A stretch of 64,000 nt of DNA from a virus. Under the pieces are notes generated by a model. The model worked only from the letters and a program-made list of their open reading frames with translations, made no database searches and was not told where the DNA came from. A program made the translations under genes and the position numbers. Within the stretch, counting starts at the first letter, position 1. Each line of letters starts with the position of its first letter. The stretch covers positions 9,084-73,083 of IMG/VR virus record IMGVR_UViG_3300030503_000573, one strand, 5' to 3'. Positions 36,302-43,467 of this stretch are shown piece by piece.

Positions 36302-37290
36302 TGGACGTCGGCCCGCTGGTCGCCTGGGTGAATGAGCGCGAGGCGGTGCGGCTTAGGAAGGCTATCATTGCTGCTGGCGTTGACAGCTGGGGCCTAGAAG
36401 CCGGCTCCCTCACTCGTGATGTCTGGGGCGAGCATCCCAGAGACTACTGGCAGCTGGGTCACCTCACCGACGACCCCATCCTTCAGCAGTTCAAGTTCTG
36501 CAACGTCCGCCGCGAAGACGACCGGGTGACTGTCTGGGTTCGCGAGCACATCAGGGAGCCGTATGCCGACCAGCAGCACCTGTGGCTCATGCTGGCCATC
36601 GCGAGGACGATCAACTGGCCCCCGGCGCTGCTGGAGCTGATCAGGGGCGGAGCCGAGGGCGTGTCCTCGTTCCCCAACATGCAGGACTTCGATCCGCGCT
36701 GCATGGCCCAGGTGCTGGAGGCGCGGCGGGCGCGTGGCGAGAAGGTCGAGACCGGCGCGTACATGATCAGGGCGGAGAGCCGGAAGGACAAGCCCTGGTA
36801 CAGCTGGTCGAAGCAGCGGTATATCGCAGAGATCGTGATTGGCCATCTCTGGTACATGCGGGCCAGCTGGAAGCATGACTTTGAAAAGAAGAAGCTGACT
36901 ACGCTGGAGCGCACCTGGGAAATTTTCCAGGAATATGACGGCTGGGGCCCATTCATGGCCTTCCAGGTCATCGTCGACCTCGCACACACCCGCTACCTGC
37001 GAGACGCGCCCGACCGCTCTAGCTGGGCCGCGCTCGGGCCCGGCTCGCGCCGGGGGCTGAACCGGCTGTACGGCCGGCCGGTGACAACTGGGCTGACGCA
37101 GGCCCAGGGTCTGGAGGAGATGCGAGAGGTCCAGGCGGCGGTGAACGCGCCGGGCGTGCTGGCGCCGTGGGTCGAGAAGATCGCGCTGAGCGACATACAG
37201 AACTGCTTGTGCGAGACGGATAAATACCTCAGGGTAAGGAACGGCGAGGGTCGGCCGAGGGCCCTCTACAAGCCATGGAGTGGGTGGTGA
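36301..37290 (+). CDS. Amino acid/amine:DNA transferase, aGPT-Pplase1 clade
   Basis: TDDPILQQFKFCNVRREDDRVT, GAYMI, GPFMAFQVIVDL, GPGSRRGLNRL, DIQNCLCETDKY. Confidence 0.9.
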   Translation: MDVGPLVAWVNEREAVRLRKAIIAAGVDSWGLEAGSLTRDVWGEHPRDYWQLGHLTDDPILQQFKFCNVRREDDRVTVWVREHIREPYADQQHLWLMLAIARTINWPPALLELIRGGAEGVSSFPNMQDFDPRCMAQVLEARRARGEKVETGAYMIRAESRKDKPWYSWSKQRYIAEIVIGHLWYMRASWKHDFEKKKLTTLERTWEIFQEYDGWGPFMAFQVIVDLAHTRYLRDAPDRSSWAALGPGSRRGLNRLYGRPVTTGLTQAQGLEEMREVQAAVNAPGVLAPWVEKIALSDIQNCLCETDKYLRVRNGEGRPRALYKPWSGW

Positions 37291-37514
37291 GCATGATCAA
37301 TCGGATCAACCAGCTTATGGTGCGAACCCGATGCTTTGCTGGCCTCCACCCTCGGGTAATCTCTGGTCGAGGGATGTGGGGCGACGCTGGCACCTGCCTG
37401 GTATGCGGAGCCGACGGCTATGGCCTCAAGGGCCTTCACAACACAGACCTCGCCGATGCAAGCGAAGATGACCGAGAGCGCCTGAGGGTGCTGGACGAGC
37501 AGAGGACGGCCTGA
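37287..37514 (+). CDS. Small Cys/His-containing protein
   Basis: C..GLH...CLVC; coupled between transferase and TS. Confidence 0.45.
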   Translation: MSMINRINQLMVRTRCFAGLHPRVISGRGMWGDAGTCLVCGADGYGLKGLHNTDLADASEDDRERLRVLDEQRTA

Positions 37515-38602
37515 TGCACACCATCCACGCCCGCAACGTCAACGACGCCCTACACGCCGGCCTGATGCTGGTCCACAGCCACGGCATCCCGGAGACGAGC
37601 CGCAATGGTCCGGTCCTCCGCGTGCCCGAGCCGGTGGCCACCGTGTACGCCCGGCCGTGCGAGCGCGTGCTGATCCAGCCGTGGCGCGACGCCAACCCGT
37701 TCTTCCACCTCGTCGAGGCCTTCTGGATGCTCGCCGGGCGCGACGACCTGCGGCAGCTGACGCCCTACGTGTCCCGCATGAGGGAGTTCTCCGACGACGG
37801 CGGGGTGACGCAGCCCGGGGCGTACGGGAAGCGGTGGCGCGATCACGTCAAGAGCCCTTTCCTGGGCGGCATCGACCAGCTCAGCTGGGTAGCCGGGAGG
37901 CTTAGAGAGGACCCCAGCGACCGGCGCTGCGTCATTCAGATGTGGGACGCCAGCGTGGACATCCACAAAGCGTCCATCGGTGGCAACGACGCCCCGTGCA
38001 ACCTCACGGCCACGCCCTACGTCGCGGCCGGCGCGCTCCACCTCGCGGTGTTCTGCCGCTCCAATGACATCATCTGGGGCGCATACGGCGCCAACGCGGT
38101 GCACTTCTCGGTGCTGCTGGAGTACCTGGCGGCGCGGGTTGGGGTGCCGGTCGGGACATACACGCAGGTGAGCATCAACTACCATGCCTACCTCAGCACC
38201 TTCCCCAAGGTCATGCCGGTCGAGGCGGCGCAGCCGTACAGCGTGAGCGGATTTGACGCCCTTCAACCCATACCTATGTTTTCAGAATGGTTGGTCGGCG
38301 GCGAAGATCGGGAATGCGAGCGCATCTTCCAGGAGGACCTCAGGGTCTTCTTCGAGGAGGGCCCCTTCGCCTACGCCACCGCCGGGCGCATTCCCTTCAT
38401 GCGCCGGGTGCTGGTGCCTATGTGCCTGGCCCACCAGCACTGGCGCACGAAGAAGGGCGAGGACCGCTACCTCGGCGCGCTGGAGATTCTGCGCAGCTGC
38501 GCCGCGCCGGACTGGCGCCGGGCCGCCGAGGAGTGGGTTGGCCGCCGGTACGACAGGTGGAAGCTCGCCGCAGACGACGGAGCCCACGATGCTGAGGGAT
38601 AG
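37514..38602 (+). CDS. Thymidylate synthase homologue, probable dUMP hydroxymethylase
   Basis: SRNG, NPFFHLVEAFWMLAGR, GAYGKRWR, DAPCN, RSNDIIWGAYGANAVHF (Asn = dUMP-type). Confidence 0.88.
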   Translation: MHTIHARNVNDALHAGLMLVHSHGIPETSRNGPVLRVPEPVATVYARPCERVLIQPWRDANPFFHLVEAFWMLAGRDDLRQLTPYVSRMREFSDDGGVTQPGAYGKRWRDHVKSPFLGGIDQLSWVAGRLREDPSDRRCVIQMWDASVDIHKASIGGNDAPCNLTATPYVAAGALHLAVFCRSNDIIWGAYGANAVHFSVLLEYLAARVGVPVGTYTQVSINYHAYLSTFPKVMPVEAAQPYSVSGFDALQPIPMFSEWLVGGEDRECERIFQEDLRVFFEEGPFAYATAGRIPFMRRVLVPMCLAHQHWRTKKGEDRYLGALEILRSCAAPDWRRAAEEWVGRRYDRWKLAADDGAHDAEG

Positions 38603-38759
38603 CGAAGCCCACCAGGAGTTCGTGCGTCGCCACGCCATCTTCATGGAGCAGATCAAGCGCGCCGAGCGCCGGCGCTACCTGAGCCGGATGTTCTTTGGCG
38701 GGCTGATCTGGGGCCTGGGCTTCGCCCTCGGCCTCGCTGCGGCCCGCATTCTTCACTAG
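38589..38759 (+). CDS. Small membrane protein
   Basis: 56 aa, C-terminal TM; GGAG RBS. Confidence 0.45.
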   Translation: MLRDSEAHQEFVRRHAIFMEQIKRAERRRYLSRMFFGGLIWGLGFALGLAAARILH

Positions 38760-38771
38760 GGACCATAGGAA

Positions 38772-39371
38772 ATGCCCAAGCTCTTTGACCGCGTCAGGCT
38801 CGCCCGCGAGGGGGCGGCCGTCGAGCGCGCCCACCAGCACCCCCACCTGCAGCGCTACTCGGTCGGGCACCACTCGCTCGATGTGGTCACGCTGGTGGTG
38901 CTGTGCTGGAAGCACGACCACGGCGGCGAGCTCCCCCGGGCCGAGCTGCTCGTGGCAGCGGCCTTTCACGACGTTGCCGAGCGCGTCACCGGCGACCTGC
39001 CAAGTCCCATCAAGGACCGCTGCCGCGATGCCCTGGGCGAGATCGAGAAGGAGGTGGACCGCTACCTCGGGGTGGACGTCGGGCTGCGGGAGGACGAGCA
39101 GTGGTACCTCAAGAGCTGCGACAAGCTGGAGCTGTACCTGTGGGCCCACGAGGAGGCCAGCCGGGGCAATTGCCGCTTCCTGGGCTGGTGCCGGGTGTAC
39201 GAGCAGAACTGGCAGTATGAGCCGCCGCCTGAGTCCGTCAAGCGCATCGTCGAGGCTGTCGACCACGCGGGCCACATACCTGTTCTGCCGGGCGACCCGA
39301 CCGACATGATCAGGCTCGGGCTCGCCAACATGGCCGCCGAGCAGCGCTCGGGAGTGCGCACCGATGGATGA
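38772..39371 (+). CDS. HD-domain 5'-deoxynucleotidase (YfbR-like)
   Basis: SVGHHS, FHDVAERVTGDLPSPIK, LKSCDKLE. Confidence 0.85.
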   Translation: MPKLFDRVRLAREGAAVERAHQHPHLQRYSVGHHSLDVVTLVVLCWKHDHGGELPRAELLVAAAFHDVAERVTGDLPSPIKDRCRDALGEIEKEVDRYLGVDVGLREDEQWYLKSCDKLELYLWAHEEASRGNCRFLGWCRVYEQNWQYEPPPESVKRIVEAVDHAGHIPVLPGDPTDMIRLGLANMAAEQRSGVRTDG

Positions 39372-39759
39372 GCGCATCGAGGCGCGGCAGTACGGGGGCG
39401 ACCACTACCGAGGCACGATCAAGCACTGGGACATCTGCGAGAGGTGGGACGTGCCCTACCTGGAGGGCAACGCCACCAAGTACATCGAACGCTACGACCG
39501 CAAGGGCTCGCCCGTTGCCGACCTCACGAAGGCCGGCTCCTACCTGGCCAAGGCCATCGAGACGCGCGGCCGGCCCAGGCGCATAGTGCCGGAGGCCGAG
39601 GTGCTGCGCTGGGCGATAGGCGCACAGCTGGATGGCTGGAAGCTCCACATGATGCGCCTGATCCTGTGTGAGGGCCGAGACGAGAGCCTGAGTGTGGCGC
39701 TCGACTTTCTCCACGGTCGGCTGGCCATGCTGGAGCGAGAGCGGCCAGCCGAAGCATGA
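39364..39759 (+). CDS. DUF3310/SaV-like nucleotide-associated protein
   Basis: QYGGDHY...HWD...YLEGNATKYIERYDRKG...DLTKA. Confidence 0.85.
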   Translation: MDERIEARQYGGDHYRGTIKHWDICERWDVPYLEGNATKYIERYDRKGSPVADLTKAGSYLAKAIETRGRPRRIVPEAEVLRWAIGAQLDGWKLHMMRLILCEGRDESLSVALDFLHGRLAMLERERPAEA

Positions 39760-40091
39760 GCCCCCACTCCCCCCAGCAGTGCGCCCTTGACGTCATCGCG
39801 GCCTTCGGCGGCGCGACGCTGGCCCAGGTCATGGGCCGCACCCGGGGGCCCGCCCCGGTGTGCCTGCGGCGGTGGCTCGCGCAGTGGGTGTGGTGGCGCA
39901 TCAGGGGCGGCGACGGCGTGAACCTGCTGAGCGGCCCGAGCTACGCCGCGACCGGCCGGGCCTGGGGCCGGCACCACGTCACCATCATGGGGGCGAGGGC
40001 GAAGACCCGCGACTACCTCGCGGGGCACCCCGAGGTGGCCGCTGAGGTCGAGCGCATAATCAGCTGGAAGACGGGGCAGCGCCCTGCATGA
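39756..40091 (+). CDS. DnaA C-terminal-like HTH protein
   Basis: SYAATGRAWGRHHVTIM resembles the DnaA domain IV S..IG..FGRDHTTV motif. Confidence 0.6.
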   Translation: MSPHSPQQCALDVIAAFGGATLAQVMGRTRGPAPVCLRRWLAQWVWWRIRGGDGVNLLSGPSYAATGRAWGRHHVTIMGARAKTRDYLAGHPEVAAEVERIISWKTGQRPA

Positions 40092-42037
40092 GCCAGCTCC
40101 AGGCCACGCTGTTCCCCCCGGAGAGCGCCTGGAGGCCGCCCCGCCTGGGCCACCTGCCCCAGGACTGGTCGATGTTCCCCCGCATCGGCCTCGACACCGA
40201 GACCGAGGACCGCTACCTCAAGACCCTCGGGCCCGGGGTGAGGCGCGGCGGCCGCATCGTCGGGGTCTCACTGTGCTTCCCGGGACTCCGCAGCTGGTAC
40301 CTACCCATCGGCCACGCGGGCGGCGACAACATGGAGGACGCGGACCGGGTGCTGGAGTACCTCCGCGCCTGCGCGAAGGGCTACACCGGCGAGGTCGTCG
40401 GGGCGAACCTCAGCTACGATGTCGACTACCTCGCCGAGGCCGGCGTGGACCTGACCCACGCCCAGCTGCTGGACATCCAGGTGGCCGAACCCCTCATCGA
40501 CGAGCTGCAGTGGAGCTACTCGCTGGAGAGCATCGCGCAGCGACACGGGCTGGGTGGCAAGGAAGAGGGGCTGCTGAGGGAGGCTGCCGAAGCATACCGC
40601 GTCGACCCCAAGGCTGGCCTCCACCTGCTGCCGGCCCGCTACGTCGGTCCCTACGCTGAGGAGGATGCGGCCCTCCCGCTCCGCATACTTGAGCGGCAGG
40701 AGGCCATCATCGAGGAGCGCGGCCTGGGCCCCATCTGGGCCCTGGAGAAGCGGGTCACCCCGGCCCTCATCGCCATGCGCCGCCGGGGCGTCGCCATCGA
40801 CCACGACGCGCTGTCCAAGGTCGAGCGGTACTCACTGGCCGAGGAGAGCAAGGCCTGGGCCACGCTGCAGCGCGAGACCGGCGTAGCCGTGAAGGTCGGT
40901 GACGCCATGAAGGCCGACGTGGTAGCAGCGGCCATAAGGCCGGCCGGGCTGATCCCGCCGAAGACCGCGACCGGCAAGCCGTCCATCACCAAGCAGTGGC
41001 TCGACGCCCTCAAGCACCCGGTCGCCGAGGCCGTGCGCCGGGCCCGCAAGATGAGCCAGCTGCGCACCACCTTCGTCGCCTCGGTGCGCGAGCACGAGGT
41101 GCGGGGCCGCGTTCACTGCACGTTCAACCAGGTCGTCACCTCAGACGAGGAGGACAAGACCGTCGGTGGGCGCTATGGCCGCCTGAGCTGCTGCGACCCA
41201 AACCTCCAGCAGCAGCCGGCGCGAGACCCGGAGATCGGCCCGATGTGGCGCTCCGTGTACGTGCCGGACCACGGGTGCGAGTGGGGCTCGCTCGACTACT
41301 CCCAGCAGGAGCCGGGCCTCGCCATCCACTTCGCGGTCGCGGCCGGCCCGGACCTCATAGGCGAGCGGGGCTACGAGAGCGCCGTGGCGGCCATGGAGGC
41401 CAAGTGGCGCGACCCGAGCCTGGACTACCACACCAACTTCACCGCCATGGTGCACGGCGAGTACGTCTTCGGCCTGGACAAGAAGGCCCTCAAGCTGCTG
41501 CGCGATCCGTGCAAGAACATCTTCCTCGGCATCTGCTACGGCGAGGGCGGCCCCAAGCTGTGCCGCGACCTGGGCTACCCCACGCAGATCATCGAGGACC
41601 ACCACGGCCGCAAGCGCGAGGTCGCGGGCCCAGAGGGGCAGGCGCTGCTCGACCTCGTGGATGCCCGCGTGCCGTACGTGCGGAAGATTTCAGCGGCGGT
41701 CGAGCGGGTGGCCAAGGAGCGCGGCTTCATCGTCACCGGCGGGGGCCGCCAACTCCACTTCCCGACCGACCAGTGGGGCAACTACGACTGGACCTGGAAG
41801 GCGTTCAACCGCCTCATCCAGGGCACAGCTGCCGACCAGATGAAGACAGCGACCGCCGTGCTGCACGAGGCCGGCGTGCCCCTGCAGCTCCAGGTCCACG
41901 ACGAGCTGGACCTGAGCCTGGCCGGGGGCCGGCCCGAGGGCGAGCGCTACGCCCGGGAGATGGTTGAGTGCTTCCCGCTCCGGGTGCCGGTGCGGGTCGA
42001 CGTCGAGGTGGGCCCGAGCTGGGGGAAGATCGCTTGA
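40088..42037 (+). CDS. polA: Family A DNA polymerase with 3'-5' exonuclease
   Basis: GLDTET, NLSYD, YAEEDA; GRLSCCDPNLQQQP, LDYSQQEP, KNIFLGICYG, NRLIQGTAAD, QVHDEL. Confidence 0.95.
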   Translation: MSQLQATLFPPESAWRPPRLGHLPQDWSMFPRIGLDTETEDRYLKTLGPGVRRGGRIVGVSLCFPGLRSWYLPIGHAGGDNMEDADRVLEYLRACAKGYTGEVVGANLSYDVDYLAEAGVDLTHAQLLDIQVAEPLIDELQWSYSLESIAQRHGLGGKEEGLLREAAEAYRVDPKAGLHLLPARYVGPYAEEDAALPLRILERQEAIIEERGLGPIWALEKRVTPALIAMRRRGVAIDHDALSKVERYSLAEESKAWATLQRETGVAVKVGDAMKADVVAAAIRPAGLIPPKTATGKPSITKQWLDALKHPVAEAVRRARKMSQLRTTFVASVREHEVRGRVHCTFNQVVTSDEEDKTVGGRYGRLSCCDPNLQQQPARDPEIGPMWRSVYVPDHGCEWGSLDYSQQEPGLAIHFAVAAGPDLIGERGYESAVAAMEAKWRDPSLDYHTNFTAMVHGEYVFGLDKKALKLLRDPCKNIFLGICYGEGGPKLCRDLGYPTQIIEDHHGRKREVAGPEGQALLDLVDARVPYVRKISAAVERVAKERGFIVTGGGRQLHFPTDQWGNYDWTWKAFNRLIQGTAADQMKTATAVLHEAGVPLQLQVHDELDLSLAGGRPEGERYAREMVECFPLRVPVRVDVEVGPSWGKIA

Positions 42038-42092
42038 TGCATCAGAAGCACCCACTAGCGCTGCGCCGCGCGGGCCCGCTAAGGTGGCACTC

Positions 42093-42371
42093 ATGACCTC
42101 CGTCAAGAGCTGGGCCAACGGGGCTGAACCGGGCGAACGCATCGTCTACCGCCAGAGCTGGATTGGCGAAGAACACAACCCCATCACGATGGAGGAGCGC
42201 CAGGCCATGGCTGATGCGATGGCGGCCCACACAGCCGCCCTCGTCTTCCTCGCGCAGCGCCGGCTGCCGAACAAGACGCTGTACGAGGCCACCCGAATCT
42301 CGCTGCGCACCGCGCAGGCGCTCGGCCTCGCGCCGAAGCCGGAGCGCCGCCACGCGGCGATGCGCGCATGA
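42093..42371 (+). CDS. Hypothetical protein
   Basis: 92 aa, W..AEPGERIVY...LVFLAQRR pattern. Confidence 0.55.
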   Translation: MTSVKSWANGAEPGERIVYRQSWIGEEHNPITMEERQAMADAMAAHTAALVFLAQRRLPNKTLYEATRISLRTAQALGLAPKPERRHAAMRA

Positions 42372-42856
42372 TACTCGGGGCCTGGGAGATCAGCAGCCGG
42401 GCCCTCCTGTGGCCCTGCCAGCCCCGCTGCGAGGTCGAGCACACCGAGGGCCGCCGGGTGAGCCACGGCCTCGGGCCGGCCGGGTACGACCTCCAGCTGG
42501 ACCTGACGTCGCACCCTGACGCTCAGGACGGCGGCACACGCCACCTGTTCATCTCGCCGGGCTCATTCCTGCTCGCGTCGACCGTCGAGTGCTTCAACAT
42601 GCCGGCCGATGTCATAGGCATCGTCCACGACAAGTCGAGCTGGGCGCGCCAGGGCCTGTGCGTCCAGAACACAGTCATCGAGCCGGGCTGGCGCGGCTAC
42701 CTGACCCTGGAGCTGACGAACCACTCGCGCCACGTCATCCGCCTGGAGCACGGCCTCGGCATCGCCCAGGTGGTGTTCCACGAGGTGCTCAACCCTGGCG
42801 AGGCATACAGCGGCAAGTACCAGGACCAGGAACCCGGCCCACAGGCGGCGCGGTGA
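42368..42856 (+). CDS. dcd: dCTP deaminase
   Basis: GYDL, DKSSWARQGL, VIEPGWRGYLTLE, GIAQVVF, YSGKYQDQ. Confidence 0.9.
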   Translation: MILGAWEISSRALLWPCQPRCEVEHTEGRRVSHGLGPAGYDLQLDLTSHPDAQDGGTRHLFISPGSFLLASTVECFNMPADVIGIVHDKSSWARQGLCVQNTVIEPGWRGYLTLELTNHSRHVIRLEHGLGIAQVVFHEVLNPGEAYSGKYQDQEPGPQAAR

Positions 42857-43452
42857 TGGAGCGGCGCGAGGCGGCCTTCTGGGAGCGCGTCAGGCCGAGG
42901 CTGCTGAGCCTGGACCCCATCAGGGTGGAGAACGTGCTGGGCAACAGCTTCCCTGACGTCGACTACTCCCACGGCCTCATTGAGCTGAAGTACGTCGAGG
43001 ACTGGGGCAAGCGCCGGCAGGCGGCCCACGTCGACTACGAGTTTGGCCAGGCGGCCGTGCTGGTGCGCCGGTGGCGGGCCGGGGGCCTGAGCTGGGTGCT
43101 GGTGGGCATCGGAGAGGAGGTCTTCCTCGTCTCGGGGTTCGACGCCGCAACCGTCGGAGCCCCGCTCCTGCGGGAGGAGTGGCTCGACCTGGCCTGCTGG
43201 CACACCGTGTGGCCGCCGACCGCCGCCGACCACGAGCGGCTGCTCGCGTGGCTGCGAGGGCGCTTCGGGCGGCTCTCGCTCGCCGACCAGGCCCTGCTGA
43301 CGCGGCTGCGGTGCCTGACGCGCCGTGAGGCGGCGGCCTGCTCCATAGCAAATGCGAGCGGCGAGCGCTGGAGCGTAGAGCGCGTCACAGCGGCAGAGAA
43401 GGGCCGCAGCGACACCGACGCGGCCAAGCTGCTGGACTACTTCAACACCTGA
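42856..43452 (+). CDS. PD-(D/E)XK nuclease (resolvase/VRR-NUC-like)
   Basis: RVEN...FPDV...IELK...Q...W..GG. Confidence 0.7.
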   Translation: MERREAAFWERVRPRLLSLDPIRVENVLGNSFPDVDYSHGLIELKYVEDWGKRRQAAHVDYEFGQAAVLVRRWRAGGLSWVLVGIGEEVFLVSGFDAATVGAPLLREEWLDLACWHTVWPPTAADHERLLAWLRGRFGRLSLADQALLTRLRCLTRREAAACSIANASGERWSVERVTAAEKGRSDTDAAKLLDYFNT

Positions 43453-43467
43453 GGGGGACCGCCGGGG

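Noticed and set aside
37514-38602. dCMP hydroxymethylase (T4-like hmC system)
   Set aside because: The specificity position reads Asn (GANAVHF), as in dUMP-acting enzymes, and neighbours are 5-hmdU kinases/transferases rather than glycosyltransferases.
24595-42037. Inteins or introns in nrdJ or polA
   Set aside because: Both ORFs are continuous, of normal length, and lack intein splice motifs; the HNH genes are free-standing.
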